From the IMG/VR virus record IMGVR_UViG_3300011921_000001, positions 1 to 62,653 of that record: DNA of 62,653 bases. One strand, 5' to 3'. The translations under genes and the position numbers were made by a program. The stretch comes from a virus. Of the stretch, positions 33,301 through 41,384 are shown one piece after another (positions within the stretch are counted from its first letter, which is position 1; each line of letters starts with the position of its first letter). A model generated the notes under the pieces. The model worked only from the letters and a program-made list of their open reading frames with translations. It did not search any database and was not told the origin of the DNA.

Positions 33301-36300
33301 GTCGCCCACAACCAACACGGTGCCGTCAGGAAACACTGCGCCCTGCACCATGCCGTCAGTGGGATCGACGCCTTCAGCCGCCATGCGTTTGAGCAAGCTG
33401 ACCGGGATATTGCGTGCCGTAGGGGCGTATACAAGATTGACGTTCTCGGGGAGCTTCAAGCCGTCAATCACTTTTTGCGCCTCGGCAGCATCGACAGTGG
33501 ACTCGGTCCCGTCTTCACGCAGCCGGTACGCGGTGCCGCCGTCATAGTCATTGGCTTCTTTGACTGCCGTCTCGACGTCTTTTTCAGACATCTTGCTGCC
33601 CGCTACGCGCAATGTTTTGGGTGCCGCGTTTTGTTTTCGTGTTGCCTGCTTAGTGCGCTTGCTTGAGACTTCTTGCTTGCCTGCGGTGGGCAGAACTTCT
33701 TTGAAGTACGCCACCTGTTCTTTGAGCGTGGCTTTGTACTCGGGCGTCTGCTTGCCCAGCGCCATTGCTTTTTCTGGCAGCTCTTTGGCAACTTGCCTGC
33801 GGTATGCCTGCATCTGCGGGTCTTCGTCGCCGTAGCGTTCCTCCAGCGCAAGTATGCGTCTAGTCCGGTCTTTCTCAAACTTGGTGTACGCAGGCGTACG
33901 CTCCCCCAGTTCTATCGCTAGATCGCGCATTTGCTGCGAAGTCTCGGCCTCTTTACGCACGTTTCCCTTGTTGATGCGAGAAGCGGTAGCCGCTGCGCGG
34001 GACTTGGTTTTTTCAGCGCGGCCTTCAGCTTCAGCGGCTGCACGCTTGGCTTCTTTCACAACGCTGGGCTTGGCCAACGGCGTGGTTTCATACAGGCTGT
34101 TTTGCACCGCCAGCACCTGATCGCGGATGGGGGCAACTTTGCCTTCAAGCATCTTGTACTTGTTTTCCAGCGTGGTGATTTTGCGCTGTAAGTTGTACCG
34201 TTCGCTCGCATCCATCAGCCGCGCTGCGGGGGCTTCGCCTTTGCCCAGCTTGGCCTGCACACCGGCCACCTTTTCTCCCATAGTAGGGACAGCAATGCCT
34301 GTCTCCATCTGCTCAGTAAGGCGTGCGTGTTCCGCTGCGGTCTCTACCAACTGCTGGTACAAAGACTTTTTAGCGTTGCCCTGCGGCGTTGTGACCTTGG
34401 CCATCAAGGGCTTAACTTTGTCCAGCACCCACTCATACTCAACGGCAGCAACGCCGCCTTTGTCGTAGAGGTCCTGCAGCGGTTTGTTAGGGTACGTGCC
34501 GTTCTTAAACTTGGTCTTCGCTTCTTGGTCGTAAATCTGGCTAAACAGATCGGCGCGTTCGCGCTTAATTCCAGCGGAATCCAAACGCCCCTCAAGCACA
34601 CTTAGTAAACGGGCACGCTCAGCAGCGGCAGGGTTTTGCGCTTCGCCGCGTGAAATACCGCCCATATCTCGCAGCACATCTTTAAGTTTTGACGGGTCAA
34701 CGTGCCGAGCCAATTCCGTAATTGTTTTGGTGTCACCCCTGCGCAGGGCCTCCTGCATGATGCTGTACGGATCAAAAAGGCCCAGCACTGCGGGTTTGAG
34801 TGCAGGGCGTCCTACGTCTTCTTGAGCGCGACTCAATTCGTAGCTGGTTTTGTTAAGCGTGTCCAAAGCCTGATACAGCTCTGGTGTCTTCACGCCTTTG
34901 GTTTGTGCAAGTTGAGTGACCTGCTGCTCGGCCTGAGCAACTTTTTCTTTAGCCGTCTCGACGGCCTGAAGCTGCGCTGGTTGGATGTTCTCTTCGGCTT
35001 TTGGTTTGGGTGCTTCGGGTACGGCTTCAAGCTGCCCACGCGGCCCCACGTTGGTGTTGGTAAATGCCTGTTTTGCGGACTCTATTTGTGCTTCGGGTCC
35101 GTACAGACCGCGCTCACCTTCAAGCTCAAGCTGCTCTTGCTCTCTTACAGCGTCTTCCGGCGACTTAACCGGAGTAGCCCCACCAAACAACTCACGCGTC
35201 ACACCACGCGTTTGCAGGCCAAGTTGCTTTTCTTGAAGCGCTTGCATACGCTGCTCGTTTGTACTTGCCTGTGTCGTGCGCTCTTGCTGCGCCGCGAGCA
35301 AATCGTCCTTGGCTTTTTGTGCTTTTTCGTAGTCCTTGTCCGCAAGCGATTTTGTGTACGCTGCATTTAACTGCTCCAAGCGCGTATCGAGCGCCTGCAT
35401 TTTTGCACTGGCGTCTTGCTGGAATGCTTCGAGCGTAAGTGGCGATCCGCCGCGCTCTTCAATCAAGGATGCCCGCGCATCAATACGGCGCTGCAAGGTC
35501 TGCCGCTGTGCGTTCAACGCATCAAAAGCTTCTGGGGCCGCGTTGCCGAGTTGCTCCTCGGTACTGGCAAGTTGCCTGCGCAGCGTGTCTTGCTCCAGCA
35601 TCAACTTCTGCACATCCAGCACAGGGTCCGCCGCAGGGATAGGCGCTGCTTGTGTTTGCTGCGTCGGTGCAGTCTCGGCCTCAAGCTTTGCCTGCTGCGC
35701 GGCAAACATCTCGTCAATAGCGCCCTTGCGCTTGTTGTACTCCTGCTCAACGGGTTTGAACTCCGTCTTGAGGAACTCGGTGCGTTGGCTTTCTAGTGCA
35801 TCTTTTTGTTTCTTGGCTTCGATGTACACAGCCTTGTCTTCAGGCGTAGCTTTCTCGTTGGGCTTGCGCAGTCGGAGCCCGTCAAGTTGTGCATCAAACT
35901 GCGCCTTTTGATAGCTCAGTGCTTGGTACTGGTCATACAGTTGGCTCAGTGCCTCGGGCTGGGTACGCGCAGCCTCTTCGGCCTCGACAGCTTTTTGGGC
36001 AGCTTCTTGTTTTTCTGCCTCAACTTGTTGCCGCGCACCACCGCGCTGGCTAAGACGACCTGCAGCACCGAGCGGTGCCAGCAGCCCAACCTGATAGGCG
36101 GTCTGGCCATATTCGGACAGGGCAGCGGCGTCGGTAACAGACAGACCTGCTTGTGCCCGCTCCAGCATCTGCTGGGCAATCTCAGTTGGAATCTCGGCAG
36201 CAGCACCCACAGCGGTGCCTTTGGCCAAAGTGGTCAGCAGTCTTTCTTCAGCAAGCTTTTGTGCGTTGCCCTTGCCCAGAGTCAGCGCTTTCTCCGGGAT

Positions 36301-36975
36301 GCCCGTGAGCTTGCTGACCAGACGCCCACCAAGCGTCAGCGCATAGCCTGCGCCCTCAATGGCAGCTTGGGGAACAGCAGTGGCAGCGGCAGCAGCCCTG
36401 TCAATTGCAATAGGCTCGCCGCGCTCAGTCTGTTCAGCAGCTTGCCGTTGGATGTTGGAGCCAAAGAACTGGGGCAGCATCGAGAGGCCAGCGCCTGCCA
36501 CACCGCCAACAACCGTGCCCACAGGGCCTGCCAAAGAGCCCGCCATAGAGCCCAAACGTGCGCCGCCAAGCACAGCCCCCATCTGCGGAACTTGTTCAGC
36601 AATAGCGCCGGGTATTTGAGAGGCGACTTCCTTGGCAGCGGAGAACAACCCCTGATCCGCATACGCTTTCTTGACGCGCTCAAGACTGGTCGGCTCTGCG
36701 TACTTTTTGGATAGCAGCTCCTGGCGCTCAAGGGCTTGTTTTGCAGCAGCGTTGGGATCGGTTACGGCCCCGGCAGCGGTCTGGTACGCTGACAGCAGCG
36801 ACTCAGCGCCCCGGCCGAATGCGCCAGCAATGCCAGACTTTTGAGTGGGTTGAGCAGGCGTAGCACCAAAAGCATCAGGAAAGTACTTGCGTGCGTCTCG
36901 AACGGCTTCCAGATACGACTGGCCCTCCGCAGCTTCGTAGTACGCCCCGTTTGGTAGCTGTATGTAGTTAGCCAT
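30283..36975 (-). CDS. Giant multidomain virion/ejection-type protein (2,230 aa)
   Basis: Longest ORF and last gene of the late arm. It has a Gly-zipper hydrophobic segment (aa ~130-170), a coiled-coil-like region of about 800 aa, an HEIIGH motif (33244-33261) and a large globular C-terminal half. Confidence 0.7.
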   Translation of the reverse strand: MANYIQLPNGAYYEAAEGQSYLEAVRDARKYFPDAFGATPAQPTQKSGIAGAFGRGAESLLSAYQTAAGAVTDPNAAAKQALERQELLSKKYAEPTSLERVKKAYADQGLFSAAKEVASQIPGAIAEQVPQMGAVLGGARLGSMAGSLAGPVGTVVGGVAGAGLSMLPQFFGSNIQRQAAEQTERGEPIAIDRAAAAATAVPQAAIEGAGYALTLGGRLVSKLTGIPEKALTLGKGNAQKLAEERLLTTLAKGTAVGAAAEIPTEIAQQMLERAQAGLSVTDAAALSEYGQTAYQVGLLAPLGAAGRLSQRGGARQQVEAEKQEAAQKAVEAEEAARTQPEALSQLYDQYQALSYQKAQFDAQLDGLRLRKPNEKATPEDKAVYIEAKKQKDALESQRTEFLKTEFKPVEQEYNKRKGAIDEMFAAQQAKLEAETAPTQQTQAAPIPAADPVLDVQKLMLEQDTLRRQLASTEEQLGNAAPEAFDALNAQRQTLQRRIDARASLIEERGGSPLTLEAFQQDASAKMQALDTRLEQLNAAYTKSLADKDYEKAQKAKDDLLAAQQERTTQASTNEQRMQALQEKQLGLQTRGVTRELFGGATPVKSPEDAVREQEQLELEGERGLYGPEAQIESAKQAFTNTNVGPRGQLEAVPEAPKPKAEENIQPAQLQAVETAKEKVAQAEQQVTQLAQTKGVKTPELYQALDTLNKTSYELSRAQEDVGRPALKPAVLGLFDPYSIMQEALRRGDTKTITELARHVDPSKLKDVLRDMGGISRGEAQNPAAAERARLLSVLEGRLDSAGIKRERADLFSQIYDQEAKTKFKNGTYPNKPLQDLYDKGGVAAVEYEWVLDKVKPLMAKVTTPQGNAKKSLYQQLVETAAEHARLTEQMETGIAVPTMGEKVAGVQAKLGKGEAPAARLMDASERYNLQRKITTLENKYKMLEGKVAPIRDQVLAVQNSLYETTPLAKPSVVKEAKRAAAEAEGRAEKTKSRAAATASRINKGNVRKEAETSQQMRDLAIELGERTPAYTKFEKDRTRRILALEERYGDEDPQMQAYRRQVAKELPEKAMALGKQTPEYKATLKEQVAYFKEVLPTAGKQEVSSKRTKQATRKQNAAPKTLRVAGSKMSEKDVETAVKEANDYDGGTAYRLREDGTESTVDAAEAQKVIDGLKLPENVNLVYAPTARNIPVSLLKRMAAEGVDPTDGMVQGAVFPDGTVLVVGDQHTDTTDLEKTIAHEIIGHYGVDTVIGAKRLNQFAQDTDVIALAEQIGGKKLVAEVVQVVKANDALGRSEEMQKLQALREIIAHTEEARVTESFREKAGRWLKELVGMVRAGLRDMGFAALPRLSTSDVFNVLRQSRKAFANKTIGPYRAADGQTAFRLRREQSSSVVGREPGIVDTFFGNLFGLAGRVQYVDRWGALREALKKGMNEGQIDSLEATNAQYLINFGQHASQYSQQFLTNGPMRLELTKKDGFTQSLFRSTKGVNMTEVAEALNAAKMANPTELENMFTVYLAGERAKQVGWEKLNFENPGKAKAEYDGIVAQLNADKPAKAAFENAAKLYKQYNAGLMDWLVQTGVMTPQKAAELKAVTYVPYYRVNKNGEVQLMIDKETPVRISNIKDEPQLQALVGGNEYILPVFTSAVQNTYMITNMGLRNQTVKEMGFLLQKLGIASRIGEGAGPASPDVVRFKKNGKDYHAVIDTDLYGIPAELILKGMEGIKTTVPGIVRLMGYPSDILRKFVTRVPAYAIRQMIRDPLNAWMTTGTDAVPVLSSMKEMASMVAGRNETERKLMETGAISSNVFSGDERDTAKFIKDISAGKSLWAKTLAKADALAMQADAATRIVVYKDSLAKGMSEQEALNRTLESMNFGRRGVSPSMHWLSIMIPFFNAQIQGLDVIYRAYKGDMPHSEKLKIKEKMMARGALLAMGTLAYAAVMEDDEAYKRAKPEERFANWFVYIPGVSEPVRVPIPFELGFLFKALPEAIYGMAANDEKAGKTLKGLGKLLDQTNPFSLPQAIKPLTEVVLGKSFFQGDIESAREKEQLATDRYRTNTTEVAKLLGQATGKVSDISPISIDYLIRGYFGGLGIAIVQLANPILAADQKEIAEPSTKPSKVPLIGGLFQPVEGRGTLDEAYDRMQEIKRIKGSYNKLVEEGKRAEAQEFAQGYANDLAQTSISGRVQKQLGELAKQERAIKASPTMPTEEKDRRLEQLDKMKVQIARQFLALPR

Positions 36976-37041
36976 TGCTCATCACCCGAATTGTGGTCCG
37001 CCCGTGCGAAGGGCGGCTGTCTTAGCGCACTCTGCCGATTA

Positions 37042-38754
37042 TCAACTGCCCGGAGGCCGAAGTACAGGGGCGTTTTTTGGCGGGGTCACAAAACCGCCGC
37101 CACCGGCTCCGCCCATAGCCGCCATAAACGCCTGAAAGGTCGGAAACTTTTGCTCAAACGCAGGGCCGTTCATTGGGTCAGACACAAGCTTTGTGTACTC
37201 GCCGTACAGGCGCGGTACTTGACCTTCTTGTTTCGACATCCCGTAGCCTTTTAGTAGCGGGCTATCCGGCTTAGCACTGCCCAATGCCTCATACAGATTT
37301 TGCGGTCCTTTGGCAGCGATGTTTGCGGCGACAAGCCGGTTTTGCATCTCTGCAACACTGTTTTCTCTTCTGGACGTCAGCTCTGCGCCCAAGCGCTTGT
37401 CAGCAACATACGCGTCAAACAGCTTGCCTGCTTCTGTCACTTTTAAGCCGTATGCCGTCCGCGCACTGTTAGTCACTTCACGCCTTGTTTGGGAAGCCAC
37501 CTTGTCGGCATCACGCTCAATATCAGACAACTCTTTGTCAGTGAGCATCTTCTCGCTGCGGCGGGCTATATCAAGACGCCCAAAAGCGTCGTCAATTTTT
37601 TCACGAGCATCACCAAGTCGTTCAATCCCCTCGCTGTATTTTTTCAACCCGGCTTGAGCGCCAACACCGATGTTCTGTAGCGCGTTGGGGGATGCGCCTG
37701 ACATCATGGCAAAGCCTGCTTGCAGCAGCGCCATAGGCCCCAGATCGCCTTCTTGTTTGCCAAGTTTTCCTTCGCGTGCTTTCAACCGTTTTTCCTGCTC
37801 AAGCCCAAGCAGCCCCATACCTTCAAGTTGCTGTCTACGCTTTGCGGCGTATTCACGGGCAACTTTTTCATCGGCCTCACCTTGATTGCGAATATCGGCT
37901 TCAAACGGATCAGCCACTTTACCCTGCGGCAAGAACTGGTCAAGCTCTCGTTGGTACGTAGACGGTGTTGACGCCAAACTGTAGATCGACTGGCCAGATG
38001 CTGGCGCTGCCCCGCTGGGACCGCTAAGAAGCTCGATGCCGCTGGGGGGAGGCGCTGGGGGACGTTTGTTTCCCGCACTAGCAACAGGCGCGGCGGGGGG
38101 AGGTGGTTTGAACGCGCCCGCATTCATTGCCATTTGCGTTTCTGCGGCAGAAGGCATAACAGGGGGTATGTTGCGGGGCAGTGCTTGGGCAGCGGAATCG
38201 GCTATTGGGCCTCCGACAGTAGGCGCACCAAACGCCGCACGGCCCGCGCCTGTTGCAGACATCTCCGCTTGGTACTTTTGCTCAGCAGCTTGCAGCGCGG
38301 CCTGTGCGGTCGCCATTTCTTGCTGCGCCGTTTCAAATCCCGTAGGGTCTTGTTGCCGTTGCCGCAACCCGTAGGTGTACAACTTCTGCTGTGCGGCTTG
38401 TGCGCGGGCACGAGCGGAATCCAGCACTCCCCCCGACTGATACCTCGGCACATCGCCGCCGTCAGAGAACGCCACGATGCCGCCTTCGGCATAGTTCATA
38501 TTGCCTGTTGGGAGCTGAGCGATGCCGACGTCCTCGGGCATGGGGGAGGCCATGTCCTGCAGCTCTTGGTCGTTTACTTTAAGTTCTTCAGGCGCGTCCA
38601 TCTGCGCAGCAGTGCGTATTGTCTTGCGGCGATTGGACTCGGTCACAGCTAACGACATGATGTAGGGGTCATGTTTGTGCATCTGCGCGTACTGCTGCAG
38701 CGCTTGGTCGGGCATCCGAGCAAGCTGCGAGGTCATCTGGTTGACGTTAATCAT
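37042..38754 (-). CDS. Internal virion/ejection-type protein (570 aa), Ala/Gly/Pro/Gln-rich
   Basis: Track ORF; low-complexity composition; NYAEGGIVAFSDGGDVP motif; position among internal-protein genes. Confidence 0.55.
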   Translation of the reverse strand: MINVNQMTSQLARMPDQALQQYAQMHKHDPYIMSLAVTESNRRKTIRTAAQMDAPEELKVNDQELQDMASPMPEDVGIAQLPTGNMNYAEGGIVAFSDGGDVPRYQSGGVLDSARARAQAAQQKLYTYGLRQRQQDPTGFETAQQEMATAQAALQAAEQKYQAEMSATGAGRAAFGAPTVGGPIADSAAQALPRNIPPVMPSAAETQMAMNAGAFKPPPPAAPVASAGNKRPPAPPPSGIELLSGPSGAAPASGQSIYSLASTPSTYQRELDQFLPQGKVADPFEADIRNQGEADEKVAREYAAKRRQQLEGMGLLGLEQEKRLKAREGKLGKQEGDLGPMALLQAGFAMMSGASPNALQNIGVGAQAGLKKYSEGIERLGDAREKIDDAFGRLDIARRSEKMLTDKELSDIERDADKVASQTRREVTNSARTAYGLKVTEAGKLFDAYVADKRLGAELTSRRENSVAEMQNRLVAANIAAKGPQNLYEALGSAKPDSPLLKGYGMSKQEGQVPRLYGEYTKLVSDPMNGPAFEQKFPTFQAFMAAMGGAGGGGFVTPPKNAPVLRPPGS

Positions 38755-38755
38755 C

Positions 38756-40978
38756 TCAAGCCCCCATCTTCATAAGTGCCAGCTCGTTCAGACCTGCGCG
38801 TGTCTTGGCCTTGTCCTTGATCGCGCCGCCTTTTTTGCGGTTCATCAAGCCGTATGCGCCTGCTCCTGCAACACCAAGACCTGCCACTTGAGACAGTGCG
38901 CTGGGCGGTGCTTGGTACATCGTGTTCACCGTGCCCAGCGGAGTGCCGCGCATCAGACCTGACAGGTACTCCGTCTGCTGGTACGGGTAGCGCTCTTGGT
39001 TGAGGAAGTCTTGGTACTGCTGGTTGAGCAACTGCTGGCGCTGTTGCTGCTGCTGAGAGCCAAACTGCCCCTGCATCCCGGCAATGTCTCTTTGCTGATT
39101 GAACTGTTGCTGCCCCAGATTGCCCAGTTGCCCGGCACCCTGTGTCGCCGCCTGCAGCCCTTGAAGGCCGTAGCCCGCGCCATACTGGCGTGACTGCTCG
39201 GCAAGCTGCTGCGCGGCTTGGCCGTACTGAGCGCCTTGCCCAGCGGCAGTCATCTGCTGGCCGTAGCCAAACTGACGCGAAGCCTCGCGCTGCTGGAGCA
39301 TGTTCTGGTACGCCTGCTGCTCGGCAAGCTGCGCCTGCATGTTCTGCCCGGAACCTAGCTGCTGGACACCAAGCTGCGCGGCAAGATTTTGCTGCCCGGT
39401 GGTCAAGCCCGCTTGTTGATTGGCGAGCGCTGCCTGCATGGCTTGGCCTGCTGTAAGCCCCTGCGTTTGAAGCTGCGCGGCAAGATTCTGCTGGTCCCGA
39501 GTGAGCCGCGCCGACAGGTTCTGCTGGCCTGTGGTCAAACCCGCTTGCTGATTGGCAAGTGCCGCCTGCATAGCCTGTTGGGCGCTAAGTCCCTGCGTTT
39601 GCAATTGCGCCGCCTGATTTTGGACGTTGGCTTGCTGCTCTGCACTGAGGTTTGCCAGCGAGGTTTGCGTGCCCGTCTGCGTTCTAAGCTGCTGCGCTCC
39701 TTGTTGCGATGCCAGATTTTGCTGGCCCACAGTAAGGCCCGCCTGCTGGTTGGCAAGTGCCGCCTGCATGGCTTGGCTCGCGGACAGACCTTGTGTCTGG
39801 AGCTGCGCTGCTTGGTTTTGTACGTTGGCTTGCTGCTGCGAGGACAGGTTGGCAAGTGCTGTCTGCGCCCCAGTCTGCGTGCCCAACTGCTGGATGCCGA
39901 GCTTGGCCGCAAGGTTCTGCCCGCCGACAGTGAGCCCCGCCTGCTGGTTGGCAAGCTGCGCCTGCATCCGAGCCTGCTGCTCGGTGTTGAACTGCTGCTG
40001 CGCGTTCTGAAACGCCGCCTGCTGGCCGGTGCCATAGATGTCGCTCTTGAGCTGCGCAAGATCACGCGCCTGCGCAGCTTCTGTGACCGCTGTTCGGCCA
40101 CCACCAAACGAGCCCTGCTGAATGGCCCGTGCCCGTTGCTGCCGTCCAGTGAGCGCGGATTGACGTTCGGCTTCGCGTGTCTGCTTATCAACCACGCTCT
40201 GCATGAACGGGTTCATGTAGTCTTCTGCGCTGCCGGGTTGGGTGAAGCTCTGTGTGCTGGCACGTTCGGCAGGCCCCATCTGGTACTGCTGCAGATTGGG
40301 GTTGTAGTCCGTCTGCGCAGCCCGCATCTCAGGGGTAGCGTACTGCCCACCCTGCACTTGTTGTGCAGGCCCCATCTGAAACGCCTCAATGTCAGGGTTG
40401 TAGTCCGTCCTGGCGGTGCGCATCTCAGGCGTGTTGTACCTAGATGCAGGGTTTACCCGCTCAAACGCGCCCATCTCTTGCAGGTTTGCCATCTGCGGCG
40501 CGTCATACTGCCCGCCCCGCACTTGCTGCGCAGGCCCCATCTGGTATTGCTGCAGCTCGGGCGCGTTGATGCCCATGTAGCTGAACTGCTCAGGCCGGTA
40601 CTGCGCGGGGGCCTGGAACTGGTTTTGAAAATTCCCTGGCTGGTACTGCGAGTTCAACGCCCGGTACGCCGCTTGCTGGGTAATGTTTGACGCCTCCCCG
40701 GTTTGTCCGGGGACTTGCATATTGCCAACACTTGAAAACGCTTGTTCCTGTAGCGGAGAGAACTGCGCAATCCGCTCGCCCCCGTACTGCTGGTACGGGT
40801 TTTTATTGATGTCGGTTAGTGCGCTTGCTCTGCCAAGGATTTCCTTGGCGTACGGCTTGGCCCAGTCCGGTACATCCGAGATTTGTGTCTGCGTGGCAGG
40901 TGCGCCTCCACCCCCACTGCCGCCGCCCGCACGGAAGATAAACCACTCCGGGTTGAAGAGCCATTTAAGCAAGTTCAT
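38756..40978 (-). CDS. Gln-rich repeat protein (740 aa), internal virion/ejection-type
   Basis: Track ORF; at least 4 degenerate QAMQAALANQQAGLT.GQQNLA... units; C-terminal NRKKGGAIKDK; ATGA coupling to the upstream gene. Confidence 0.55.
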   Translation of the reverse strand: MNLLKWLFNPEWFIFRAGGGSGGGGAPATQTQISDVPDWAKPYAKEILGRASALTDINKNPYQQYGGERIAQFSPLQEQAFSSVGNMQVPGQTGEASNITQQAAYRALNSQYQPGNFQNQFQAPAQYRPEQFSYMGINAPELQQYQMGPAQQVRGGQYDAPQMANLQEMGAFERVNPASRYNTPEMRTARTDYNPDIEAFQMGPAQQVQGGQYATPEMRAAQTDYNPNLQQYQMGPAERASTQSFTQPGSAEDYMNPFMQSVVDKQTREAERQSALTGRQQRARAIQQGSFGGGRTAVTEAAQARDLAQLKSDIYGTGQQAAFQNAQQQFNTEQQARMQAQLANQQAGLTVGGQNLAAKLGIQQLGTQTGAQTALANLSSQQQANVQNQAAQLQTQGLSASQAMQAALANQQAGLTVGQQNLASQQGAQQLRTQTGTQTSLANLSAEQQANVQNQAAQLQTQGLSAQQAMQAALANQQAGLTTGQQNLSARLTRDQQNLAAQLQTQGLTAGQAMQAALANQQAGLTTGQQNLAAQLGVQQLGSGQNMQAQLAEQQAYQNMLQQREASRQFGYGQQMTAAGQGAQYGQAAQQLAEQSRQYGAGYGLQGLQAATQGAGQLGNLGQQQFNQQRDIAGMQGQFGSQQQQQRQQLLNQQYQDFLNQERYPYQQTEYLSGLMRGTPLGTVNTMYQAPPSALSQVAGLGVAGAGAYGLMNRKKGGAIKDKAKTRAGLNELALMKMGA

Positions 40979-41382
40979 AGCGTGATCCTCATCACTTGAT
41001 GGGTGTTTTCCATGCCCATCTTTTCATACATCTGTACGAGCGTGCCTCTGGCCCAGCACTGCGCTTTTGTCGCGCCATACGCCCGCATCCAGTCCATAGC
41101 TTCTGCAAAAACATGGGTTCTGACAATGCTCTTGCCGCCCATAAGGTTGACATGGGCAACGCGCTCTCGTGGGTAATCCACAAACTCTAACGTCACAGCG
41201 CCTGTAATGCCCACATCGGGCTCTTCCCACACCAGCAAAAACGTCTTGCCCGTACGCACGGCGTACTCAACTTGCTCAATCGTTATCGCGCTGGGGTCAA
41301 GGTCAATGGCTTTTTGCAGCAACGGTGCGGCAGTCGGCCACACCTGCGGCAACTGGTTGGGAGTGATGTGGTACAGAGGCAT
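40975..41382 (-). CDS. GNAT-like acetyltransferase-fold protein (135 aa)
   Basis: Size and C-terminal ...VQMYEKMGME... resemble GNAT motif A/B. The canonical R/QxxGxG/A motif is not evident. Confidence 0.4.
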   Translation of the reverse strand: MPLYHITPNQLPQVWPTAAPLLQKAIDLDPSAITIEQVEYAVRTGKTFLLVWEEPDVGITGAVTLEFVDYPRERVAHVNLMGGKSIVRTHVFAEAMDWMRAYGATKAQCWARGTLVQMYEKMGMENTHQVMRITL

Positions 41383-41384
41383 GT

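Noticed and set aside
30283-36975. Giant protein as an N4-type or crAss-type virion RNA polymerase that would read the hairpin palindromes.
   Set aside because: I could not find T7-like motifs (T/DxxGR; motif A/C aspartates in context) or a DxDxD/DbDGD metal motif. The nearest hit, DYDGG (33535-33549), lacks the third Asp. The palindrome loops have no consistent central purine. The idea is kept only as a low-probability hypothesis inside the palindrome finding.
36998-37016. Hairpin CCGCCC-GTGCGAA-GGGCGG between the 570-aa gene and the giant gene as a terminator.
   Set aside because: No U-run follows on either strand. At most it is a pause or stability element.
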